Shown one piece after another: positions 1 through 8,747 of a DNA stretch of 24,388 nt; positions within the stretch are counted from its first letter, which is position 1, and each line of letters begins with the position of its first letter. Source of the DNA: a virus. Lineage: Duplodnaviria > Caudoviricetes. Location of the stretch: IMG/VR virus record IMGVR_UViG_3300005805_000478, positions 1 through 24,388 of that record; one strand, written 5' to 3'. Below the pieces are notes generated by a model that was given only the letters and a program-made list of their open reading frames with translations, was not told the DNA's origin and ran no database searches. The translations under genes were made by a program, and so were the position numbers.

Positions 1-1
1 A

Positions 2-694
2 ACTCTTCAACTACAGTTTGGTAACTTGATGACTCGTGCTTATCCAGAACTCATCGCTCGTCACAACGAGTTGGGTCTGATTCAGCACGCTCGTGAGGCA
101 GAGACACAAGTCTTAACTCGCCTTACAGACCTCTCAACAGCAGTAACATCAACATCTCTAATCGGTGTTGCTCGTGACTACCTAGCACAACTAGGTCGTG
201 CCGCAGCAAACTACCGTGGACGTCATCGTCTAGAGTCAGATGCCCCACTTCGCGTTATTGCCCCAGCATGGGTCAAGGATGCAATGGCTGCTGACCTAAC
301 TCTCGCAATGCCTGGAGATAACACTCTTAACGCATATGCTGAGATTGATGGTTACATCGCATCTCGTGGTATCAACATGACATGGCACATCGATTCATTC
401 GATGGCGCACAATCATCTGGTGCAATGAACGAGTTCGCAGATACCTTCGTTTGGTACATCTTCGCTGAGGGAACATTCTTGTTCCTAGATGGCGGAACAC
501 TAGACCTAGGAATCATCCGCGACTCTTCACTAGTCGGAACAAACGACTACAAGATGTTCGTTGAAACCTTCGAAGGTGTAGCAAAGGTTGGCGTTGAGTC
601 ACTCAAGGTCACCTCAACCATCTCTGTAAACGGTGTGGCTGCTGCCCTCCGTGATACAACTGGTGGAGCAACCGCTGCTGCTATTGAGTACTAA
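2..694 (+). CDS. Major capsid protein, C-terminal part (5'-truncated by the window edge)
   Basis: Frame is open from base 2 (TLQLQFGNLMTRAYPE...). HK97-like features include a backbone helix (LGLIQHAREAETQVL) and terminal strands (GTFLFLDGGTLDLGIIRDSSL...NDYKMFVETFEG). Codon bias is that of a highly expressed gene (TTC/AAC/ATC/CGT), and it lies upstream of the tail genes. Confidence 0.85.
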   Translation, partial: TLQLQFGNLMTRAYPELIARHNELGLIQHAREAETQVLTRLTDLSTAVTSTSLIGVARDYLAQLGRAAANYRGRHRLESDAPLRVIAPAWVKDAMAADLTLAMPGDNTLNAYAEIDGYIASRGINMTWHIDSFDGAQSSGAMNEFADTFVWYIFAEGTFLFLDGGTLDLGIIRDSSLVGTNDYKMFVETFEGVAKVGVESLKVTSTISVNGVAAALRDTTGGATAAAIEY

Positions 695-763
695 AATTTA
701 CTCAGTAACACATAAGAAGTAAAAACCGAGAAGACGCTCAAGAGTTCTAAGGAGTTATAAAAG

Positions 764-1654
764 ATGGCATTTCGTGGAGTTTACCCAGCACCCGATTTAG
801 TGCCCACTCCTTGTGGACTCTTGAGCGTCGCTCGTGTTATGACGCACAATGCGTCAAATTACGACGAACGCTGGGTACGAGGATTTTCTTACGAGTTTGA
901 TTCATATTCAACTATCAGACTTCTTACAGTAAATGATGCTGCTGTTACTGGCGGAGAATTGTTTGATGCTGATGGAGAACCAAATTATTTAGAGTACAAA
1001 CCATTTTTTATTGAATCAGAAGTTTTTCAATCAACACTAGGTCTTCCAGGTGAAGACCGCATGGCAATTGCTATTGCGCAATTAGAGGCTGCTACACAAA
1101 AAGCAGTAGAAAAAGAATTATGGGATGGAGTTGCTGCTCAAGCAGAATCAAATGGCAACAACTATCTAACAAAATCAGGCGAACCAACAATTGCTGCTGT
1201 TGGAGCATATTCTGCTGAAGCAGCGCTATTTCATTTAGAGCAAGCACTGTCTAACTCTCCATTTGGAGGCAATGGTGTAATTCACATGACTCGTGATGTT
1301 GCTAGCATTTTAGGGTCACATATTAAGTTTGATGAATTCGATGCCCTTCCAGGAAAGAAACTTGGAAAATTAAGAACTCGTTTAGGCACCGAAGTTGTAG
1401 TTGGTTCTGGTTACTCAGGAAATGGTCCTATTGGAAACGCAAATGCAACTGCTTCGGCAACGAACCGTTGGATGTTTGCTACAGGTCCAGTTGATGTTCA
1501 TTTGAGCAAGCCAGAAGTAGTAAATGACACATTGTCACAAGGCGTAAATGCTAGTATTAACGACATAAACATCAAGGCAGTTCGCGCTGCTGCGGTTTAT
1601 TTTGACCCATCATCACATTATGCGGTTCGGGTAGCAGTACCTGCGCTGTCATAG
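764..1654 (+). CDS. Virion structural protein, probable minor capsid / second HK97-fold protein
   Basis: SD TAAGGAG at 748-754. Lies between the MCP and tail tube genes. Helix AIAQLEAATQKAVEKELWDG and segment LEQAL...GVIHMTRDVASIL resemble the HK97 backbone helix and A-domain (inference). Confidence 0.5.
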   Translation: MAFRGVYPAPDLVPTPCGLLSVARVMTHNASNYDERWVRGFSYEFDSYSTIRLLTVNDAAVTGGELFDADGEPNYLEYKPFFIESEVFQSTLGLPGEDRMAIAIAQLEAATQKAVEKELWDGVAAQAESNGNNYLTKSGEPTIAAVGAYSAEAALFHLEQALSNSPFGGNGVIHMTRDVASILGSHIKFDEFDALPGKKLGKLRTRLGTEVVVGSGYSGNGPIGNANATASATNRWMFATGPVDVHLSKPEVVNDTLSQGVNASINDINIKAVRAAAVYFDPSSHYAVRVAVPALS

Positions 1655-1683
1655 TAAAGAAACAAAACTAAGGAGAAAAAGGT

Positions 1684-2730
1684 ATGGCCACTCAGGACTA
1701 CGCGGCAAGCGTCCAAGGTGTGGCGATTCGAGTCACAAGACTTGACGCCGCTGGTAACCTACTCACCGAACCAGGTGATAGTTACACAACCTCGGCGTTT
1801 CTTCGCGTTTCTTTCACACCAGAGTATGAAGAAGGCGACGAAATTGTAGAGAAGTCAGCAGATGGAACTGTCTGCGTTTCCTACAAGGCGCCAGATACTT
1901 TGAAGCGCATCACTATGGAACTCGCAATTTGCGAACCAGACCCAGAACTAACAGCACTGCTTTCAGGCGGTCTGTTGCTTCGTAAGAATTTCGGAACATA
2001 TGCAAGCCCAGATAATCAAAGCATCGGTTGGGCCGCGCCAGCCGTGGGCGACGACCCAGCAGGTAATGGTGTAGCAATTGAAGTTTGGTCATTCGCGGTG
2101 AAGGATGGAAAGCGTGCTTCAACACGTCCATACTTCTACTGGGTATTCCCATACGTCAAGTTGCGTCAATCAGGTGACCGCGTAATTGAAAACGGTCTAC
2201 TTGCTAACACATTTGAAGGTTATGGACTTGGCAACGAAAACTTTGACGGCGGCCCAGATGGCCGTTGGGAGTATCCAGTTGCTGCAGAGCGTCCTTACTC
2301 ATACGCTCGTGGTTCTTGGGCACCAACAGGTCTCAAGGGCTTCTACGAGTGGTATGACGACCTATCAGCAGTTGTTAACAACAAGTCATTGACATCCAAC
2401 GTAGCAACTCTTACCACCGCATCCGCTCATGGGTTCGAGGCTGGTCAGTCAGTTGTTGTTGCTGATGTTGATTCCACATTCAACGGAACTTACACAATTA
2501 CTAACGTTCCAAGCACCACAACGTTCTCATACGCAAAGGTTGCTACAAACGTTAGTTCTGTTGCTGTTTCCCCAACTGGTACAGCAGTACGTCAACGTGG
2601 TTACTTGGCAGTTACAGACTTCGCAACTCAAGGTTCAACTACCGAGTACAACGTACCTGGTAACGAGAACTACAATGCTGACGAGGACATTGATTTCATC
2701 ATCGCTTCCTCTGAGGACCCAACAGCGTAA
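1684..2730 (+). CDS. Major tail (tube) protein with inserted C-terminal AHG beta-domain
   Basis: SD AAGGAG. Actinophage tail-tube signature (IRVTRLD...G, EYEEGDEI, ICEPDPEL, YFYWVFP). Highly expressed codon bias. Accessory domain at about aa 230-302. Confidence 0.85.
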   Translation: MATQDYAASVQGVAIRVTRLDAAGNLLTEPGDSYTTSAFLRVSFTPEYEEGDEIVEKSADGTVCVSYKAPDTLKRITMELAICEPDPELTALLSGGLLLRKNFGTYASPDNQSIGWAAPAVGDDPAGNGVAIEVWSFAVKDGKRASTRPYFYWVFPYVKLRQSGDRVIENGLLANTFEGYGLGNENFDGGPDGRWEYPVAAERPYSYARGSWAPTGLKGFYEWYDDLSAVVNNKSLTSNVATLTTASAHGFEAGQSVVVADVDSTFNGTYTITNVPSTTTFSYAKVATNVSSVAVSPTGTAVRQRGYLAVTDFATQGSTTEYNVPGNENYNADEDIDFIIASSEDPTA

Positions 2731-2737
2731 TTTCAGT

Positions 2738-2799
2738 ACTGAAGGGCGGGCGACTGTCAGTCGTGTTGAAAATACACACTGGTGTTGCCCGCCCTTAGT
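2738..2799 (+). terminator. Long GC-rich hairpin after the major tail gene (probable U-tail-less terminator or RNA stabiliser)
   Basis: AAGGGCGGGCGAC (2742-2754) pairs with GTTGCCCGCCCTT (2784-2796) with one G-U pair. Inner stems are TCAGT/ACTGG and GTGTT/AATAC. Intergenic, just after the stop codon. Confidence 0.65.
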
Positions 2800-2816
2800 C
2801 TTAGATAGGTGAGAAT

Positions 2817-3956
2817 ATGAGTAATTTATGGACAAACGTAGAGGACTTAGGAACCTACGCTGATTCAGATTACGCTTATGACGCAGTAAAGACTGCTTCC
2901 TATCTTCTTTGGGCTATGTCTGGTCGTAAATATAGCGGCACAACTACAGTTACAGAACGCTATGTTTCTGTCTACGACCCTTATCTTCGTGCTGGTGCTT
3001 CTGTTCTTACTTACTCACCAACCTTGATTGAAGGCGAAGTTAGAAACCTTCGTATCGGTGGTTCAGGGCTATATGGTGATGATGACTATTTAGGTGATGG
3101 AACTTCTTCAAACACTCGTATCCGTCTTCGTGGTCGTAAAGTTGTAAAAATTCACACTATTAGAGATATTGACGGAAATGTAATTGACCCTACTCAATAT
3201 TATTTAGTTGAACATTCTACAGTTTTAGCAACTTCTGGAGCGACATGGACTCCATCAAATGTTGAAATTACTTATACTTATGGAACTCCACCTCCCCTTG
3301 CTGGAAAGAACGCTGCTCGTCTTCTAGCAACTGAACTAATAAAGTTGTATGAAGGTGACGATTCTTGCGCCCTTCCACAGAGAGTTACTTCTGTATCTAG
3401 ACAGGGTGTTTCTTACACAATTCTTGACAATCAAGATTTTATTGCTGAGGGTCGTACAGGTCTTTATGTTGTAGATTTATTTTTGAAAACTACTAATCCA
3501 GATAATGCTCGTGCTCGTGCCAGAGTATTTACTCCAGACGTTCCAAAGGCTCGTCGTATTACTCCAAAACCATATTTGTTTACAGAAACAGCATTTGACC
3601 TAAAGGTATTGCCAACTGGTGGAGAAGTAGTACTTTATCTAGATGAAATTAACGGAGAGTTTTTACTAAGTGACAATGCTTGGACAGTTTCTATGACTAT
3701 CTCTGACTACACTAACTCAAAAACTGAAACTCTTACTGGTGCTGCTGTTCTAAATCGTGGAACAGAAAAAATAACTTTGACAGTAGATTATGATGATATT
3801 TTGGCAATTCTTGGACCAAGAGAGCCAGGTTCATATGATATTTACTGCACTCGTCCTAGCCTGTCAAACCCAGCAGTTGATGAAGTAATTAATTTGTTGA
3901 CAGCAAATGTTTCGTTCCAACTTGGAACACGGGTAGAACCTATCTACACACTGTAG
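2817..3956 (+). CDS. Head-to-tail adaptor with C-terminal Ig/BppU-like extension
   Basis: Motifs ASYLLWAMSGRKY, ITYTYG.PPP, C.LPQRVTSVSRQGVS and G.TGLY.VDLF are typical of actinophage adaptors. About 130 extra beta-rich residues follow PDVPKARR. Confidence 0.7.
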   Translation: MSNLWTNVEDLGTYADSDYAYDAVKTASYLLWAMSGRKYSGTTTVTERYVSVYDPYLRAGASVLTYSPTLIEGEVRNLRIGGSGLYGDDDYLGDGTSSNTRIRLRGRKVVKIHTIRDIDGNVIDPTQYYLVEHSTVLATSGATWTPSNVEITYTYGTPPPLAGKNAARLLATELIKLYEGDDSCALPQRVTSVSRQGVSYTILDNQDFIAEGRTGLYVVDLFLKTTNPDNARARARVFTPDVPKARRITPKPYLFTETAFDLKVLPTGGEVVLYLDEINGEFLLSDNAWTVSMTISDYTNSKTETLTGAAVLNRGTEKITLTVDYDDILAILGPREPGSYDIYCTRPSLSNPAVDEVINLLTANVSFQLGTRVEPIYTL

Positions 3957-3985
3957 GATTAGACTGATAAAGAGACGAGAGACAA

Positions 3986-4492
3986 ATGCCAACACCTATA
4001 AATAAATCAGCAGTAAACGCTGATGCTAAACATCTTGCCAGCCTTATGCAAGAGGTTCTTGATAGAGTTGTTGCTGCTTACGCTACTTACAATATGCCTC
4101 TTCCAAGTCGTAGATATTGGACAATGGGAGTTCCAGCGGTTGATTGTGAACAGTTAGTAGTTTCTTTTATTCAAATGTATGTCGGTGCTCCAGGAGACGA
4201 AGCAACAGAACCAAGACGTTGTAATGACCCAAGAAGTGCCACACTTAATGTTTCTGTATCTCGTCAAGTTCCAGTTGTTGGTCAAAATGGAAGACCGCCT
4301 GCAGCAGAGGCTATTGAAGATTATGCAGAAATTTCTGCATATGATGCTTATATTCTTCTTGATTGCGCATCACAATTAGACGCTTGGGAAGAAAGTGGAT
4401 TTGGTTTAGGTGTTATTGCTACTGTTGAAGTTCAAACTCCAGAAGGCGGATACCAAAACGCTGTACTAACTTTAACTGTGGCGGTTCCATAA
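3986..4492 (+). CDS. Probable tail terminator / neck protein
   Basis: 168 aa in the neck gene position, with an N-terminal helix, a P..DC.QL.V strand and a terminal strand (AVLTLTV). Function inferred from synteny. Confidence 0.5.
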   Translation: MPTPINKSAVNADAKHLASLMQEVLDRVVAAYATYNMPLPSRRYWTMGVPAVDCEQLVVSFIQMYVGAPGDEATEPRRCNDPRSATLNVSVSRQVPVVGQNGRPPAAEAIEDYAEISAYDAYILLDCASQLDAWEESGFGLGVIATVEVQTPEGGYQNAVLTLTVAVP

Positions 4493-4493
4493 A

Positions 4494-4880
4494 ATGGCTG
4501 TCACAGTTAATATATTTAAAACAGAACTAGATTTCGTACTAAATAATCCTAGCGGTGACGTTGGAAGATATTTAGCACGAAAAGGTCGCATCATAACTGT
4601 AGCGGCTAAGGCTCAGGTAGGAGTAAGAACTGGAGCACTTCGTGCTTCAATTCATATGCGCCACTTAAGAGATTCAAGAGGTCAATTTGTAAGAATTGGT
4701 TCTGCTTTGAATTATGCCTACCTTCATCACGAAGGAAGCAAGCCTCATGTCATCACACCTAACAGGGCTCAGGTTTTAAGATTTGTAAACCGTGGCCGTG
4801 TTGTGTATGCCCATGCGGTAATGCATCCTGGAACAAAACCAAATCGTTATCTTACTGACAATCTACGTTTAGTGAGATAA
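4494..4880 (+). CDS. HK97 gp10-like neck/tail-completion protein
   Basis: Basic 128-aa protein with AKAQVGVRTGALRASI, YAYLHHEG and V.HPGTKPN.YL motifs. Confidence 0.75.
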   Translation: MAVTVNIFKTELDFVLNNPSGDVGRYLARKGRIITVAAKAQVGVRTGALRASIHMRHLRDSRGQFVRIGSALNYAYLHHEGSKPHVITPNRAQVLRFVNRGRVVYAHAVMHPGTKPNRYLTDNLRLVR

Positions 4881-4929
4881 TTTACTGTAAATAGCAGTAA
4901 AAAGACAAAAGAGAAACGAGGAAAAACTA

Positions 4930-5286
4930 ATGTCCGACAAAAGATTTAGGGACTTTGGTGGCGGTAACGCTATTACCGAACCAATATCTTTTAAGTTGCA
5001 TAATGAAGAATTTAATTGCCGTCCTTCATTACAAGGTAAAGTTTTACTAGAGATGGCTGCTGCTGCTCAGGGGACAGAAAACGATACTGCTGCTGCCGCA
5101 AGTATGATTGATTCTTTCTTTTCTAAAGCATTACTACCAGAAAGTTTAGAAAGATTTAACAATCTTCTTAACGACCCAGAAAAAATTGTAACTGTAGAGA
5201 CGTTAGGAGAAATTGCTGGTTGGCTAACTGAGCAATACTCCGGCCGCCCTCAACAGGGGCCAGAGCACTCTGCGAGTGGGCAGTAG
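4930..5286 (+). CDS. Tail assembly chaperone (gpG-like)
   Basis: 118-aa acidic helical protein two ORFs upstream of the tape measure. It ends WLTEQYSGRP.., the usual actinophage TAC ending. SD GAGGA. Confidence 0.8.
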   Translation: MSDKRFRDFGGGNAITEPISFKLHNEEFNCRPSLQGKVLLEMAAAAQGTENDTAAAASMIDSFFSKALLPESLERFNNLLNDPEKIVTVETLGEIAGWLTEQYSGRPQQGPEHSASGQ

Positions 5287-5660
5287 ACCTTTGGCCTTAT
5301 GTCAACGGGAAAGCACTTATGAACGGCCTACAATTAGGAGAAATGGAAGCATCAGAGATGCTAGACGTTATCCACGTTGTCTTTGAAGAAGACTACACAA
5401 ACGTTTCAAGTGCAGAACAAGTTGAAGTTAAAAACAGAATAAGAAAAGTTATGTATAGAGAATTTTATGACAGAACTTATGAATATTCTGGGAAGAATGA
5501 ATATGAAGTAGATGGACCTTTAGAGCCAGCAGTGGATTACAGCGATGTAAAACCATTTGACCCTAAAGCAGCGGCTAGAAAACCGTACATACCACCTACA
5601 AGTTTTAATCCAGAGGCTCCAAAGCCTTTTGGAAAAAATATAGACGCACCATTGGCATAG
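5232..5660 (+). CDS. Tail assembly chaperone extension (gpT-like), probably reached by -1 frameshift
   Basis: The -1 frame relative to the TAC opens after TGA at 5229-5231, overlaps the TAC end and reads ..LCEWAVDLWPYVNGKALMNGLQL... The ORF-track ATG at 5319 has only a weak SD-like sequence. Confidence 0.7.
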   Translation, partial: AILRPPSTGARALCEWAVDLWPYVNGKALMNGLQLGEMEASEMLDVIHVVFEEDYTNVSSAEQVEVKNRIRKVMYREFYDRTYEYSGKNEYEVDGPLEPAVDYSDVKPFDPKAAARKPYIPPTSFNPEAPKPFGKNIDAPLA

Positions 5661-5681
5661 AAGACTAGGAGGTGATGGCTT

Positions 5682-8600
5682 ATGGCATTTGGAGCAGGAG
5701 CAAGAGTTGTTGGTAGTGCATTCATAGTTGTTAGAGCCATCACTGCTGGTGTTGATAAAGACATAAAAAAAGGTTTTAGCGGTACTGACAAAATCGGTGA
5801 TGACGCTGGTGACCAAGTAGGAAGAGGTTTTAGAAGAGGGTTTTCAAGAAGCACAAACAGAAATATTTTTGGAAGATTAGTTTCTCAAAGTATTGCTGCA
5901 AAAGAACAATTTTCTAGTTTAACAAGGGTCGGTTATGTATTAGCACCTGCATTAACCGCTCTTGGTGGAATTATTGGTCTTCTTGGAACAAGCATTATTT
6001 CGCTTGCTTCAACTATAGGTGCATCTCTAGTTCCTGCCATGCTTGTACTTGGCCAAGCAGCAACTGCTCTTGGTCAAGCAATGCTTACAGTTAGATTAGC
6101 ATTTTCTGGTGTTGCTAAAGCAATTCAGGCAGGTAGTAAGGCTGCTAAAGGCGGAACTGCTGCTACAAAAGGTCTTGAAAAAGCACAAAAAGCATTAGAA
6201 CGTGCTCAAAGGGCATTAGGCGAAGCATATGAAGATGCTGCTGAAAGAAAAAAAGATGCAGACGAACAACTTCTTGAATCAGAAAAAGCACTTGCCAAAG
6301 CAAGAAAACAAGCAATAGAAGATTTACAACAACTAGGTTTTGAGTCAGAAGATGCTGCTATTGCTGAACAAGAGGCTGCACTTCAACTAGAAAAAGCCCG
6401 TGAAGAACTTGCTCGTGTTTCTGACCTTCCACCTAATTCTCGTGCTCGTAAAGAAGCAGAACTTGCATTTGCTCAAGCAGACTTAAATTATCGCCGTGCT
6501 ATTGATAGAAACAACGACCTTAAGGCAGAAGAAGCAAAGAATGCTGAACTTGCTAAAAAAGGTCAAGATGCTCTTATTGATGGACAAGAAAATGTAGTCG
6601 AGGCCCTCAAGGCTGAAGAAGAAGCAAAGAACAATGTATTAGACGTTGAAAAGCAAAATGCTAGAGCAATCCTTGCTGCAACAGAAGCAAGGGATGATGC
6701 TCAGGCGGCTGTAGATGAACTTAAAGAAGGCGGAGGCGCTGCTGATGCCTATGCCGATGCTCTTGAAGGTTTATCTAAAGAAGCAAGAGCATTTGTTGAG
6801 TATATGGTCAAAGAATTTATTCCTGCTCTTAAAGAACTAAAGGCTGCCGCTGGAGAAAAACTATTTCCAAAACTTATAGAGGCTTTAGAAAATATAAAAG
6901 ACAAACTCTTTCCTGCCTTAATTCCTCTTCTTAGAGAGACAGGCGGAGTTCTTGGAGAAATTGCTAAAAAGTTTTCTGAAACAGTTACCAAAGGCGAAAA
7001 TATAGCCCGTCTTGAAAGAATTTGGAAGTCTAACGATAAAGTACTAAGAAACTTTGGAGACGCTTTAAATGAACTTTATGAAGTAATACTTATTCTATTG
7101 GAAGCAGTCAGCCCTCTTACCGAAGAGTTTTCTGCATTTATTGCACAAAAATTAAAAGCATACAAAGAAACATTACTTCTTCAAGAAGCATCTGGAGAAT
7201 TAGCAAATAAATTTCAAATTGTCAAAGACACATTAAAAGACTTAGGGGCAATTTTTGGAAATGTTTTTCGTGGTTTAAGTAATCTTTTCTTTGCTAACGT
7301 TGGTCCTGGTAGTGGCGGTGAAATATTTCTTAACTACCTAAAAGATGTTACTAAGGCTTTTGAAAATTTAGAGACTATAGACGGAAAACCTGTAAAACAA
7401 TTTTTTGCTGATGCTGCTGAAAACGGAGTAATCCTTCTTGGTCTTTTAGGAGACATATTTGGTGGTTTTATAAAACTAGCCGATAATGAAGGACTAGGAA
7501 TATTCTTAACTCAACTGCGAGAAGTAGTAAGAATATTTTTTGAAATTGGCGAAAGTATGGACGGCGCTATGGTTGCTTTTGGCGCATTCTTAATTGAGTT
7601 TGCTAAATTTATTCAAATTATTACAGAGTCAGGTTCTATTGAGATATTCTTTAACACGCTTCGCACTGCTTTTGAGTTTTTAAATAATTTCTTAAGAAGT
7701 GAACTTGGTCAAAGAATTCTTGAACTATCTGCTCAGATACTTCCACTTTTAGCAGCATTTGGATTAATTGCTAAAGTTGGAGCCTTTTTTGGAAAAGTAG
7801 TTTTAGGTTCTATAGCAGCATTGTTTTCACCGTTTGCCAAACTTAATACAGCAGTAGGGTTTTTAGCGACAATATTTAATGTTAGCAAATTAGCAATAGT
7901 TGGTTGGGGAGCAGTAATAATAGGTGCTATAGCGCTTCTTGTGACTATATGGAATAAGAGTGAAATATTCCGTAAAGCGGTGATGGATTTAGTTACGGCT
8001 GTCGGAACAGCACTTAAAGAAGCCTTTGATAAAATAATGAAGGCTATAAAAGAAGTACAGCCAGAAATAAATAAAGTTGGAGATTTCCTTAAAACTCTTG
8101 GTGATGTAATTGGAACATTTTTAATACCAATTATAAAATTTGTTTTTGTTAATGCTATAAAAATAGCGGCAGACATAATAGTTGTTCTTATAAAAGCAAT
8201 TGCTGGAATTCTTGGCGCTGTTTCTGATGTTGGAAATAAAATTGGTGGATTTTTATTAGGCATAAAAGACAAGTTTGTTTCATTTGTAAATGGAGTAAAA
8301 ACAATAGTCAATGGCATAAAAGATGTTTTTAGAAGCGCTTTTGACGGAGCAGTTAATATAGCAAAGGGTGCTTTAAATATTCTTATTAGGGCTTGGAATA
8401 ACACTTTAGGAAAATTAAAAGTTACTATTCCTAAAATTGGTCCTTTTGGTGGAGGCACTGTTGGATTTCCAACAATTCCAGAACTTGCAGAAGGTGGAAC
8501 TGTATTTCCTCAAGCGGGTGGTGTCCTTGCTCGTGTTGCTGAAGCAGGTCGTCCAGAGCGTATTGAGCCTTTAGACCCAGATGGACTTTCTGACAGAGAC

Positions 8601-8747
8601 AAAGCAATAATTGACAGAATTTCTAGCGAAAACAGTGGAAAAAATGTAACAGTAAATGTTTATCCTTCTGCTGGTATGGACGAGCGTGAACTTGCTTCTA
8701 TCGTTTCTCGCCAGATTGCATTCCAACTTCGTAAGGGAGCAGCGTAA
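5682..8747 (+). CDS. Tape measure protein
   Basis: 1021 aa, directly after the TAC pair, SD AGGAGG at 5667-5672. N-terminal VVGSAFIVVRA, an A/E/K coiled-coil block, amphipathic repeats, hydrophobic segments and a C-terminal IPELAEGG...AEAGRPE.I.PL motif. Confidence 0.93.
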   Translation: MAFGAGARVVGSAFIVVRAITAGVDKDIKKGFSGTDKIGDDAGDQVGRGFRRGFSRSTNRNIFGRLVSQSIAAKEQFSSLTRVGYVLAPALTALGGIIGLLGTSIISLASTIGASLVPAMLVLGQAATALGQAMLTVRLAFSGVAKAIQAGSKAAKGGTAATKGLEKAQKALERAQRALGEAYEDAAERKKDADEQLLESEKALAKARKQAIEDLQQLGFESEDAAIAEQEAALQLEKAREELARVSDLPPNSRARKEAELAFAQADLNYRRAIDRNNDLKAEEAKNAELAKKGQDALIDGQENVVEALKAEEEAKNNVLDVEKQNARAILAATEARDDAQAAVDELKEGGGAADAYADALEGLSKEARAFVEYMVKEFIPALKELKAAAGEKLFPKLIEALENIKDKLFPALIPLLRETGGVLGEIAKKFSETVTKGENIARLERIWKSNDKVLRNFGDALNELYEVILILLEAVSPLTEEFSAFIAQKLKAYKETLLLQEASGELANKFQIVKDTLKDLGAIFGNVFRGLSNLFFANVGPGSGGEIFLNYLKDVTKAFENLETIDGKPVKQFFADAAENGVILLGLLGDIFGGFIKLADNEGLGIFLTQLREVVRIFFEIGESMDGAMVAFGAFLIEFAKFIQIITESGSIEIFFNTLRTAFEFLNNFLRSELGQRILELSAQILPLLAAFGLIAKVGAFFGKVVLGSIAALFSPFAKLNTAVGFLATIFNVSKLAIVGWGAVIIGAIALLVTIWNKSEIFRKAVMDLVTAVGTALKEAFDKIMKAIKEVQPEINKVGDFLKTLGDVIGTFLIPIIKFVFVNAIKIAADIIVVLIKAIAGILGAVSDVGNKIGGFLLGIKDKFVSFVNGVKTIVNGIKDVFRSAFDGAVNIAKGALNILIRAWNNTLGKLKVTIPKIGPFGGGTVGFPTIPELAEGGTVFPQAGGVLARVAEAGRPERIEPLDPDGLSDRDKAIIDRISSENSGKNVTVNVYPSAGMDERELASIVSRQIAFQLRKGAA

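Noticed and set aside
4881-4901. Small hairpin TTTACTG-N7-CAGTAAA as a terminator
   Set aside because: AT-rich 7-bp stem with no U-tract on the coding strand, in mid-operon. Too weak to call.
7733-8458. 241-aa minus-strand ORF
   Set aside because: Fully antisense to the tape measure gene. It is a shadow of biased codon use and has no recognisable motifs.
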